Of a DNA stretch of 64,000 nucleotides, positions 1 through 8,359 are shown one piece after another (position 1 is the first letter of the stretch; every line of letters begins with the position of its first letter). This DNA comes from a virus. The stretch covers positions 1 to 64,000 of IMG/VR virus record IMGVR_UViG_3300044825_001015. One strand, 5' to 3'. The notes below the pieces were generated by a model. That model was not told the DNA's origin. It saw only the letters and a list, made by a program, of their open reading frames with translations, and ran no database searches. Made by a program: the position numbers and the translations under genes.

Positions 1-140
1 GCGAAGCGACCTGTGAGGCTACGGTTCGCGTAGCGAAGGTAGGTCATGGCCTCGCCATGGGTAATCCAACGAGTGACGGGCACACGCCCATAGATCGAAG
101 CGTGATCCAAGCGGACTACGCGGTATCCATTGTAAGCCAT
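1..140 (-). CDS. Small hypothetical protein, 3'-truncated by the window edge (MAYNGYRVVRLDHASIYGRVPVTRW...)
   Basis: Manual translation: ATG at 140, open to position 1, SD AGAAAGGGG upstream on the minus strand. Confidence 0.65.
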   Translation of the reverse strand, partial: MAYNGYRVVRLDHASIYGRVPVTRWITHGEAMTYLRYANRSLTGRF

Positions 141-166
141 TTGCTTACCCCTTTCTTTCTACCCTA

Positions 167-188
167 AGACTAGCATAGGGGTCTGACA
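167..188 (-). promoter_or_regulatory. Repeated promoter-like motif TGTCAGACCCC-N-ATG-N-TAGTCT, copy 1
   Basis: 11-bp core identical to 429-439; followed by an extended -10-like TGnTAnnnT; upstream of the leftward gene at 140. Confidence 0.6.
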
Positions 189-243
189 GTCTGGCCTAGG
201 GCTCACCCGTCTAGCGGTTTATTTGCCTAGGAATATTTAGTTG

Positions 244-387
244 TTAGGCGAAAGCCTTAGCCATGTGGCAGTTAGCGCAGATGATGGTCTCATCCACGAT
301 AGCCATGGCATCGGGGTTAGCCGTTCCACAGTCTGAGCAACGTGCATTCTTGACGATGCTCCGAAGGGTAGCCTTAGTGATTCTCAT
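244..387 (-). CDS. 47-aa Zn-finger protein (MRITKATLRSIVKNARCSDCG...IICANCHMAKAFA)
   Basis: Manual translation; strong SD GGAGGTGAAAGGA; CxxC...CxxCH. Confidence 0.75.
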   Translation of the reverse strand: MRITKATLRSIVKNARCSDCGTANPDAMAIVDETIICANCHMAKAFA

Positions 388-417
388 TCCTTTCACCTCC
401 CTTGCTTTCATGTATCT

Positions 418-439
418 ATCTAATCATGGGGGTCTGACA
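418..439 (-). promoter_or_regulatory. Repeated promoter-like motif TGTCAGACCCC-N-ATG-N-TTAGAT, copy 2
   Basis: Same core and spacing as copy 1; upstream of the gene at 387. Confidence 0.55.
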
Positions 440-741
440 ATGACAATACGGTGGGGGGTATACATAGTGGGGCGTATCGGACATTATTTATAACGGTTAG
501 GTAACATCGTCTAGAAATCGTATGGTCGCACCATTTGTCCGATTTGCGTATTTCTAGAATGTGTATCATCCAAATAACACAGCCATTAACATTTTCATCA
601 AATTAAAATATAACATTTTTATAACGGCAAACGGTACAGTAGAAGTTTGGCAAATGGTCTAGTTGTCATAGATAGAAGATATCTTTCAGTTATGATAAGT
701 AAAATCGGAACGATAGTGCCTATATTGCACTACAATGCCGT

Positions 742-776
742 AAAAAGTAAAAAATACTGCACTATAATGCAGTATT
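742..776 (-). terminator. Putative intrinsic terminator of the leftward thyX/HNH operon
   Basis: Inverted repeat AATACTGCA-N6-TGCAGTATT (753-776) followed on the minus strand by TTTTTACTTTTT. Confidence 0.5.
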
Positions 777-1143
777 AGGCAAGATCATTCCTATTGATAG
801 ATATTTTATGTTCATTATAGGAAGCGCGGGTATCACGGGAATGTCTAGCATGACATAACTTACATATGACACGACATTTCTTTATCTCTTTGGCAATAGT
901 TTCCCAAGCATAGTCAGATCGGATCAGATCTGATACATTTGCTTTCTTGGTATTAGGATCTATATGATCAAAGTCTAAATCGACAGATTCAAATTTAAAA
1001 TCGGGGGGAAGGGGACAAGATCCACTCTCACAACCTCTAGAAGTCTTTACTAGTCCAGATATAGACCATTTGATCTTACGATCTCTATTTCGCTTTTCAT
1101 TTCGTGTCATTACTTTTTCCAAGTCATAGCAAGAGTAAGACAT
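775..1143 (-). CDS. HNH endonuclease-like protein
   Basis: LDFDHIDP...N...VICKLCHARH motif with an upstream Cys pair; start may be 1110. Confidence 0.75.
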   Translation of the reverse strand: MSYSCYDLEKVMTRNEKRNRDRKIKWSISGLVKTSRGCESGSCPLPPDFKFESVDLDFDHIDPNTKKANVSDLIRSDYAWETIAKEIKKCRVICKLCHARHSRDTRASYNEHKISINRNDLA

Positions 1144-1185
1144 ACAGCAGATGCTAGAAATAAAATCAAAAATTGAATATCGACA

Positions 1186-1377
1186 CTACTCATCTTCATC
1201 ATCCATAATTAAAGCGGGGGCGGGAGCAAAGACTTTTCCTTCTTTGTGTCTATTGTACATTTCAAGCATCTTTTCTTGATTAGAAGTACTTATACACAAC
1301 ATATCGTAATTGCGTGCTAATTGGATATATATTGCTGATAATAACTCTTGAACAATTTCAAACTGCTCATCAGTCAT
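1186..1377 (-). CDS. Hypothetical protein
   Basis: ORF track; likely start MTDEQ at 1377 with SD GAGGAG. Confidence 0.65.
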   Translation of the reverse strand: MTDEQFEIVQELLSAIYIQLARNYDMLCISTSNQEKMLEMYNRHKEGKVFAPAPALIMDDEDE

Positions 1378-1537
1378 TGTCTTGCTCCTCATCTATTACA
1401 TCTATTGTATCAAACTCTATATGCCAGGGTAATGGTCTACATGGAATACCATGGGCTTCTACTATCTCCCCGCCCTCATATACATCGATTTCGATGAAAC
1501 ATGTTATGTCATCATCATTTTCGATCCAGGCTCTCAT
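1370..1537 (-). CDS. 55-aa acidic hypothetical protein (MRAWIENDDDITCFIEIDVYEGG...)
   Basis: Manual translation; ATGA overlap with the thyX stop; fills the operon gap. Confidence 0.65.
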   Translation of the reverse strand: MRAWIENDDDITCFIEIDVYEGGEIVEAHGIPCRPLPWHIEFDTIDVIDEEQDND

Positions 1538-2235
1538 TCGACCAAACTCAATGAATAAGGAAATGCTTCCTGCGCGAGCGACTTCATTGCAAGAGCATAT
1601 TCTGTAATTTCTTTCTGTGCATCATGGGCTAATCTCTGCTGAAGGAAGTGCATAATTCCATGAAGTGAGGTTGTCCACCTGTATCGCACATACATGCCAT
1701 ATGCAGGAAGGAATAATCTAGCCTGTTCTGCACATACACCAAGTTCCAGGGCGTTGTTGTATTCCTGTTCAGCGGCCTCAATTAAGTTGAATAATCTCAT
1801 GGTGAGTTCTATCCCTAGACCGTAATTAATTGGATCTCCTGATCCCTGCTTAGAGTTCTCAGGGGCACTTCTCCAGTCTTCCGCCGTGGGGATATAGAAG
1901 GCGGGTTCCTCTGTGATGTATCTGCGTGACGACTCATTCCATCCGTTCTGATCATCTACGAATGTGGAAGCAACCGCATACTTCCAATGTTGTCGTGCTA
2001 CCATAAGTGGCGCATAAATCTCAAAAGAAAGTACACAATGTCTGAATGGTGAGGTATGTTCTTCTTTCCAAAGGAAGTCAATCAGTTTCTTATCTTTAGT
2101 TTTCAAAAGACCAGTCATATCTAATTCACTTCTTTTATCAAAGGAGACTCTAGCAGCATTAGCAACTTCTAAATCATCTCCCATAGTTGAAACTAAGCCT
2201 ACATAACCTAGATTCAAAACATCAATCTTCTTCAT
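1534..2235 (-). CDS. thyX: FAD-dependent thymidylate synthase
   Basis: AARVSF, HTSPFRH, VARQ and WNESSRRY ThyX motifs. Confidence 0.93.
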   Translation of the reverse strand: MKKIDVLNLGYVGLVSTMGDDLEVANAARVSFDKRSELDMTGLLKTKDKKLIDFLWKEEHTSPFRHCVLSFEIYAPLMVARQHWKYAVASTFVDDQNGWNESSRRYITEEPAFYIPTAEDWRSAPENSKQGSGDPINYGLGIELTMRLFNLIEAAEQEYNNALELGVCAEQARLFLPAYGMYVRYRWTTSLHGIMHFLQQRLAHDAQKEITEYALAMKSLAQEAFPYSLSLVE

Positions 2236-2464
2236 CGATTTCCAATTCTTCTAAAATAAACTCAATATTGTTATATAACTCTAATCCTGGATATAACTTA
2301 AAATTACAGTCAAGACAGTATAAGTATATGATATCGTTATCATCTTCATCAATCCATAGACGAGGAACCAACATCGGATGTTCTGGATCGATTCCACAGG
2401 GGATTGGTAGTACTTTATCTTTTAAAGCATATTGATAATATTTACTAAATACTCTTATGTCCAT
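2222..2464 (-). CDS. Small Zn-ribbon-like hypothetical protein
   Basis: C..H and CLDC motif; overlaps the thyX start. Confidence 0.65.
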   Translation of the reverse strand: MDIRVFSKYYQYALKDKVLPIPCGIDPEHPMLVPRLWIDEDDNDIIYLYCLDCNFKLYPGLELYNNIEFILEELEIDEED

Positions 2465-2501
2465 ATTGTTTCTTTCTTTATATATTGCAATTGTACATAT
2501 G

Positions 2502-2510
2502 ATCTTACCA
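2502..2510 (-). promoter_or_regulatory. Extended -10 promoter (TGGTAAGAT) for the leftward operon
   Basis: Same 9-mer as 26871-26879; lies in the divergent intergenic region. Confidence 0.5.
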
Positions 2511-2544
2511 TAACTCTAATATTAAAAATGTGACTTAGCGCACA

Positions 2545-2573
2545 TAGACACTTTATTACTGTAATGCTATACT
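2545..2573 (+). promoter_or_regulatory. Sigma70-type promoter TAGACA-17-(TG)TATACT; probably yields a leaderless mRNA
   Basis: Near-consensus -35/-10 with a 17-nt spacer; ATG lies 7 nt after the -10; no SD. Confidence 0.7.
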
Positions 2574-2579
2574 TTTGAC

Positions 2580-3596
2580 ATGCATATCTCTTTTTCAACT
2601 GCCGCCGAAAACATGTCTAGACTTCCAGATGATAGAAAAGACTACATGGGCTATAGCCATGCTTCATATGAGATTATCAAAACTTTAAAGCACTTTGGTA
2701 TAGAGTCTTCAATCTTAGATAGATCATGTCCAATAGGAATATCTATGGGATTCCCAACTGATTATAAGTTTTTTCCAAATCAATACCGTATTGGTTACAC
2801 CGCTTGGGAATCAACAGAGTTAAGAGATATGTGGCTAGAAAGAATGCTTGCCGTTAATGAACTATGGGCAACATCAACTTGGACAGCAGAAGTATTTAAG
2901 AACACTACTGGTAGAGAAGATATTCACGTTTTCCCGCATGGCATTAGCGAGGACTGGAAACCTGTAAAAAGAAATGTTTCAGAAACATTTAGATTCCTTC
3001 ATGTTGGAGAGCCGCAGGCTAGAAAGAATGGTCAACTAGTTGTAGATTCGTTCATAGAACTTTTTGGGAACGATAATAAATTTCAATTAGTGATGAAGTG
3101 CAGTAATATCAATACAACCAGAGTTTATCTTCCAGATGGAAGCATTGCAGGAAGTCCAGATTCAAGATACAGAAATATATTGCTAATACCTGATTCATTC
3201 TCTCATGAAAAGATGATTCAATTATTCCACAAGACACATGCTATGGTATATCCAACAATGGGCGAGGGCTTTGGATTTATCCCGCTTCAGGCTTTGGCAA
3301 CTGGTATGCCAACTGCTACTACATATGATTGGGCAGAGTATAAAGAATATATAACAGTACCAATTAAATCTAAACTATCTGAATCTGAGTATCCACAACT
3401 TCATCCAGGAAAAGTTTTTAATGTAACTAAGGAAGATGTTAAAAAGTCCATGATTGATTTAGTAAACAATTATGATAAATATCAACTTCAGGCATACAAA
3501 AACTCTTTTAAAATACACATGGATTTTGACTGGAAAAAAGTAACTCATCCAACTGCTGAAAAAATAAAAAATATTTTAAAAATTCGCGGTTTTTGA
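2580..3596 (+). CDS. Glycosyltransferase (GT-B fold, GT4/Glycos_transf_1-like)
   Basis: FLHVGEPQARKNG and YPTMGEGFGFIPLQALATGMP motifs. Confidence 0.88.
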   Translation: MHISFSTAAENMSRLPDDRKDYMGYSHASYEIIKTLKHFGIESSILDRSCPIGISMGFPTDYKFFPNQYRIGYTAWESTELRDMWLERMLAVNELWATSTWTAEVFKNTTGREDIHVFPHGISEDWKPVKRNVSETFRFLHVGEPQARKNGQLVVDSFIELFGNDNKFQLVMKCSNINTTRVYLPDGSIAGSPDSRYRNILLIPDSFSHEKMIQLFHKTHAMVYPTMGEGFGFIPLQALATGMPTATTYDWAEYKEYITVPIKSKLSESEYPQLHPGKVFNVTKEDVKKSMIDLVNNYDKYQLQAYKNSFKIHMDFDWKKVTHPTAEKIKNILKIRGF

Positions 3597-3662
3597 TTCC
3601 GCAAATGATACTATAGAGATTATCTAAATTTATTGCCCACATGTTGGGCCAGGGAGAATTGT

Positions 3663-5594
3663 ATGTCACAAGGTATTGATAACCACTATGAAAACTTTAT
3701 TGCTTTAAGCCGTTATGCTAGATGGCTTTCTGATGAAAATCGCCGCGAAACTTGGGGTGAAACTGTAGATAGATATTTCACTTTTATGCGTATGCATCTA
3801 AGAGAAGAGTGCGGTTACGAGCCTTCTGAAGATCTTATTTCAGAGTTAAGAGAGGCTGTTTTCAATAGAAATGTCATGCCTTCAATGCGAGCAATCATGA
3901 CTTCTGGCCCAGCACTAGAGAGGGACAATGTGGCAGGATATAACTGCTCATTCCTACCAGTAGATAGCCTTAGATCCTTTGACGAGGCAATGTACATTCT
4001 TATGTGCGGTACTGGTGTTGGATTCTCTGTAGAGAGTGTATATGTCGATAAACTTCCTACTATTAACGAACATTTTGAGCCTACAAATACCACTATTGTC
4101 GTAGAAGACTCTAAGGCTGGATGGGCTAAGGCATTAAGAGAACTGCTCGCATTATTGTGGCAAGGACAGGTTCCAACATGGGACGTTTCTAAGGTTAGGC
4201 CAGCAGGGGCAAGACTAAAGACTTTTGGGGGTCGTGCATCTGGTCCAGAGCCACTAGTTCAGTTGTTCGATTTTTGCGTAAACATAATTAAGGGTGCAGC
4301 AGGAAGAAAATTAAGACCTTTAGAGGCACATGATATTATGTGTAAGATTGGAGAAGTAGTTGTAGTTGGAGGCGTTCGTCGTTCTGCTATGATTTCACTT
4401 TCTGATCTTAATGATCATGATATGGCCCGTGCAAAGCACGGTGCATGGTGGGAGTATAACTCACAACGGGCACTATCAAATAACTCTGTTGCATACTCAG
4501 GTCGTCCAAGCATGTCTGATTTTATGTCAGAGTGGAAGAACCTTTACGAAAGCAAGTCTGGCGAGCGCGGAATTTATAATGTAGGTGCTGCTCAGGGTCA
4601 GGCCGCTAAGTATGGACGCAGAGATCCAGAAATAAGATACGGAACAAATCCATGCTCTGAAATCATTCTCCGACCATATCAATTCTGTAATCTATCAGAG
4701 GTAGTTGTTAGGCCAAACGATACAGAAAAGACATTAATGCGTAAGGTAGAACTTGCAACGATCCTTGGAACTTGGCAGTCAACTCTTACTAATTTCAAGT
4801 ATTTAAGAAAGATTTGGAAGGATAACACAGAAGAAGAAAGACTTCTTGGAGTTTCCATAACTGGGCAATTTGGAAATAAGTTAATGTCTGGTCAAGAAGG
4901 ATTAGTCAAACTTAGTAATGTGTTAAATAACTTGAGACTACATGCTGTAAAGGTTAATGAAGAAGAGGCCAAGGTTCTTGGAATTAATCCTTCCGCAGCC
5001 ATTACATGTGTTAAGCCTTCTGGAACAGTTTCTCAGTTAACAGGTGTTTCTTCTGGTATGCATCCATGGCATAACGATTACTACATTCGTACTGTCCGTG
5101 GAGACAAGAAAGATCCTCTGACTAACTTCCTCGTCGATGCTGGAATACCAGCAGAAGATGATGTTATGAAGCCAAATGACACTACTGTATTCTCATTCCC
5201 AATTAAGGCTCCAGATAATGCTGTATTAAGAAATGATTTATCAGCAGTAGAGCATCTAGATATTTGGCTAACTTATCAGCGTGCATGGTGCGAGCATAAG
5301 CCATCAATTACTGTTTCTGTTAAAGAAGATGAGTGGATGGACGTTGGGGCGTGGGTCTGGAAAAATTTTGATGAAGTTTCTGGTATTTCATTCTTGCCAT
5401 ACTCAGATCATACCTACAAGCAGGCACCATATCAAGATACTACTAAGGAAGAGTACGAAGAACTTCTTGCTAAGATGCCAAAAGATATTCGTTGGTCTGA
5501 CATGGTATTCTATGAAACAGAGGATGGTACTAAAGGATCTCAGGAACTTGCTTGTAGTGCAGATACTGGGTGTGAAATTGTTGACATAGGATAA
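3663..5594 (+). CDS. nrdJ: Class II (adenosylcobalamin-dependent) ribonucleotide reductase
   Basis: AGYNCSF, GGVRRSA, GTNPCSEI, TCVKPSGT, C-terminal Cys pair; no small subunit nearby; ATG 3663 after GGGAG. Confidence 0.92.
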   Translation: MSQGIDNHYENFIALSRYARWLSDENRRETWGETVDRYFTFMRMHLREECGYEPSEDLISELREAVFNRNVMPSMRAIMTSGPALERDNVAGYNCSFLPVDSLRSFDEAMYILMCGTGVGFSVESVYVDKLPTINEHFEPTNTTIVVEDSKAGWAKALRELLALLWQGQVPTWDVSKVRPAGARLKTFGGRASGPEPLVQLFDFCVNIIKGAAGRKLRPLEAHDIMCKIGEVVVVGGVRRSAMISLSDLNDHDMARAKHGAWWEYNSQRALSNNSVAYSGRPSMSDFMSEWKNLYESKSGERGIYNVGAAQGQAAKYGRRDPEIRYGTNPCSEIILRPYQFCNLSEVVVRPNDTEKTLMRKVELATILGTWQSTLTNFKYLRKIWKDNTEEERLLGVSITGQFGNKLMSGQEGLVKLSNVLNNLRLHAVKVNEEEAKVLGINPSAAITCVKPSGTVSQLTGVSSGMHPWHNDYYIRTVRGDKKDPLTNFLVDAGIPAEDDVMKPNDTTVFSFPIKAPDNAVLRNDLSAVEHLDIWLTYQRAWCEHKPSITVSVKEDEWMDVGAWVWKNFDEVSGISFLPYSDHTYKQAPYQDTTKEEYEELLAKMPKDIRWSDMVFYETEDGTKGSQELACSADTGCEIVDIG

Positions 5595-5595
5595 A

Positions 5596-6222
5596 ATGTA
5601 TAAAGATTTAAAAATCATAGAAAATTTTATTGATTTAGAAAGATGTAGATCATTATCCAATGAACTGAGAAAGCAAATTATTTATAATAGCAATACTAAT
5701 TCTAAATCTTTATTTCCTGGAAATGGATTCTATCTTATAGATAAAGATTTGAAAGAATTAATGCCATTAACTAAAGATTCTATGATTAGTGTTGGCTACC
5801 TTAAATATGGAATATCAAAAGAAATAAATGATTTTAACGAAAATATTTTTAACTGTATAAAAGATATTCAAAAAGAGGTAGAATTATTTTTTAATAAAAA
5901 TATTAGTGTGGTCCACGGTGGATATCATTTAATGTGTCCAGGATCAAATAATAATATACATAGAGATGAATATTTGCCATCTAAAGATGGTGCTATGAAT
6001 TATGTAGTTTCTCACTCAGCACTTTTATATTTAAATTCTAACGAAGAAGATTATTCTGGAGGAGAGATTGTTTTTCCAGAAAAAAGCATTAGTTTAAAAA
6101 CCAAAGCAGGAACTTTAATAATTTTTACTGCACAGGAGCCACATGGCGTTACAGAAGTTCTTACTGGTTTGAGAGATGTAATAATATTGTTTTTCCTAAC
6201 TGTAGATGATATACTTAATTAG
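5596..6222 (+). CDS. 2OG-Fe(II) oxygenase (Arg-type)
   Basis: HRD...SALLYLN...YSGGEIVF...HGVTEVLTGLR. Confidence 0.85.
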   Translation: MYKDLKIIENFIDLERCRSLSNELRKQIIYNSNTNSKSLFPGNGFYLIDKDLKELMPLTKDSMISVGYLKYGISKEINDFNENIFNCIKDIQKEVELFFNKNISVVHGGYHLMCPGSNNNIHRDEYLPSKDGAMNYVVSHSALLYLNSNEEDYSGGEIVFPEKSISLKTKAGTLIIFTAQEPHGVTEVLTGLRDVIILFFLTVDDILN

Positions 6223-6231
6223 GAGGTAATT

Positions 6232-6462
6232 ATGTGGAATTGGATTAATAATACAGACCTAGGAAGAGCGGTACGTTCCTATGTAGTTTCTTTCGTAACC
6301 GTAGTACTAGGACTATTTATCGCAGACGGAGCAGACGTTTTTGCCGTTTCAACAACAGATTTGAAGGCTTGGTTGGCAGCAGGATTAGCCGCTGTCCTTC
6401 CAGTAGTAGTTACAGCATTGAATAAAAGTGATCCTCGTTATGGACTGAAGTCTCATGAGTGA
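6232..6462 (+). CDS. Holin-like membrane protein
   Basis: Two hydrophobic helices, basic C-terminus, next to the endolysin; SD AGGAGG. Confidence 0.75.
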   Translation: MWNWINNTDLGRAVRSYVVSFVTVVLGLFIADGADVFAVSTTDLKAWLAAGLAAVLPVVVTALNKSDPRYGLKSHE

Positions 6463-6583
6463 TCAAATAGGAGCATTTGACCTGGCAGATTTTGATATAG
6501 ACCAGGCACCAAAAGATTTTGTACCAGAAATTGTAGAGCCAGATGGAAATTGTATAGATAGAGGTGAGGACGACAATGGCTAA
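6455..6583 (+). CDS. 42-aa acidic peptide between holin and endolysin (MSDQIGAFDLADFDIDQAP...)
   Basis: Manual translation; overlaps both neighbouring genes. Confidence 0.55.
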   Translation: MSDQIGAFDLADFDIDQAPKDFVPEIVEPDGNCIDRGEDDNG

Positions 6584-7514
6584 TCTCAATCCATCCTCAT
6601 GGGAACTCAGACAGGCTCTACTTGATTATGGAGTAGATGTTAACTTTTATAAAGGCTGGGATACAATAGGAAGGCCATGGAAGGGTCCAGATAATTCCCC
6701 AGGTCTTATGGGTGGAGTAATTCATCACACCGCCAACCCAAATGCTCGCCCAGGAAACATTAATAATATTCTAGGTTGGGCAGTAACAGCATACGATAAG
6801 CCAGTATGCAATATGCTTATTGGCAAAGCCCCAGGAGAATCTTTCTTGCTCGCCGCAGGATCAGTTTATCATTGCGGATTGGGAGGGCCAGTCCCAGCAC
6901 TAGGTGTTCCATCACATGGATTCTTTGGTCAAACTAGACTGTTTGGAATAGAAATCGATGATCCTGGAGTTAAGGTTGGAACAATTACAGATTATCAAAT
7001 TGAAAATACTTCAAAAACTATGGCAGCATTAGCAGATTTATCTGGATGGGATATTGACAAAGCAATAGGTACTCATAAGTGCTATACAGATGGATGCCAT
7101 GGATGGAATCCAAAGGGACCGTCCCCAAGTGTTGGAAGAAAAAACGACACTATTGATGGTCCATGGGCAAGTTATCCAGGAAATTCAAATCCAGAGCCTT
7201 ATAATGCTCCATGGTGGAGAGAAAAGATTAAGGGTGTTTCTGGTAAAAATACTTGGGATGGAACTATTCCAACACAATCAGCAGCATTAAGAGCAGCAAC
7301 AGAAGGTCTTAAGAATAAGGCTGCATGGAGAGTTGCTTCTAGACTTTATGATATTGGAGTCAGAGAAAGGGAGGCTCTTCCATTAGGTGAACAAGAGTAT
7401 CCTTTAAGAGCAATGAAGAGATATCAAGAACAAATAGGAATAAAGCCAGAACGCCGTGACGGATTGCCAAATAAAACAACATGGATTAAATTATTTGGCT
7501 CAAGCAAGCCATAA
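6576..7514 (+). CDS. Endolysin: N-acetylmuramoyl-L-alanine amidase (Amidase_2) with a C-terminal peptidoglycan-binding-like domain
   Basis: VIHHTA, GIEID, IGTHK...RKND Zn-amidase motifs; AMKRYQ...DG..NKTTW C-terminus. Confidence 0.87.
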   Translation: MANLNPSSWELRQALLDYGVDVNFYKGWDTIGRPWKGPDNSPGLMGGVIHHTANPNARPGNINNILGWAVTAYDKPVCNMLIGKAPGESFLLAAGSVYHCGLGGPVPALGVPSHGFFGQTRLFGIEIDDPGVKVGTITDYQIENTSKTMAALADLSGWDIDKAIGTHKCYTDGCHGWNPKGPSPSVGRKNDTIDGPWASYPGNSNPEPYNAPWWREKIKGVSGKNTWDGTIPTQSAALRAATEGLKNKAAWRVASRLYDIGVREREALPLGEQEYPLRAMKRYQEQIGIKPERRDGLPNKTTWIKLFGSSKP

Positions 7515-7531
7515 AATAATAAATTGCAGAC

Positions 7532-7557
7532 AGCCCACCCTAAGCGGTGGGCTTTCT
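7532..7557 (+). terminator. Intrinsic terminator after the lysis cassette
   Basis: AGCCCACC-N6-GGTGGGCT followed by TTCT. Confidence 0.75.
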
Positions 7558-7610
7558 GTATTAGTCTTGATAGATGATATAATTTTACTTGAAGGAGATT
7601 AATCAAATCT

Positions 7611-7952
7611 ATGGATGAAGTAAATTTTAATGTTGTTCAGGGCGATACTTTTACTATTAGAGTAGAGTATAGAGATGAGTCTAATCAGCCTATAGACATT
7701 ACTGGATACTCTGCAATAATGATTGTAAGAGATAAGCCTGGTGGCAAAGTAGTATGCGCTCAGGTAGATAGCACTTCAGGAATTGTTATAGATGGACCAA
7801 ATGGAGGACTAGATATTACAATTCTTCCAGAACAAACTAGAAAATTTACAGCACCAAGAGCAAGATATCAAATTCAAATAATAAGTGATCAGGGAGTGAA
7901 GACAACTGTGCTAAGTGGGTACTTTGCAGTATCTACTACAGTTATAAGATGA
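7611..7952 (+). CDS. Virion structural protein (BppU-N-like adaptor)
   Basis: QGDTF...PIDITGYSA...YQIQI...GYF pattern typical of fibre-associated adaptors. Confidence 0.6.
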   Translation: MDEVNFNVVQGDTFTIRVEYRDESNQPIDITGYSAIMIVRDKPGGKVVCAQVDSTSGIVIDGPNGGLDITILPEQTRKFTAPRARYQIQIISDQGVKTTVLSGYFAVSTTVIR

Positions 7953-8344
7953 CAGTAGTTGAAGTTACTGAGAATAAAGTAGTAGTATCAGCCGTTGGTC
8001 TTCAAGGTCCAAGGGGAAGAGGTATTTTAAATGGTACAGGCGCTCCTCCAAATTCTTTAGGAATTGATGGAGACTTTTATATAGATACAAATCTAAATAA
8101 AATTTATGGTCCCAAAACAAATGGTGACTGGCCTGAAGCCGTTAACCTAGGAGGAACATATGTTCATGTTCAAGGAACTCCATCAGCAACCTGGACAATA
8201 AATCACAATCTTGATTTCTACCCTAGTGTTGAAATTGTTAATTCTGCTGGGGTAGCAGTAATAGGTGATTATGAGTATTTAAATACAAATACAATAGTTG
8301 CTAGATTTACAGATCCTTTCGCTGGAAAGGCATATTTATCATGA
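7949..8344 (+). CDS. Virion fibre-associated protein
   Basis: QGPRG, GTGAP...GDFYIDT, WTINHNL...GKAYLS motifs. Confidence 0.6.
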   Translation: MTVVEVTENKVVVSAVGLQGPRGRGILNGTGAPPNSLGIDGDFYIDTNLNKIYGPKTNGDWPEAVNLGGTYVHVQGTPSATWTINHNLDFYPSVEIVNSAGVAVIGDYEYLNTNTIVARFTDPFAGKAYLS

Positions 8345-8359
8345 GAGGTGGAATAGAAA

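Noticed and set aside
263-493. 76-aa plus-strand ORF from the track
   Set aside because: Overlaps the better-supported minus-strand Zn-finger gene and its promoter motif; no SD
490-740. AT-rich non-coding stretch with short repeats (TAACATTTT, TTATAACGG) as origin or genome-end signal
   Set aside because: Repeats are too short and few to support a call without read-end or skew data
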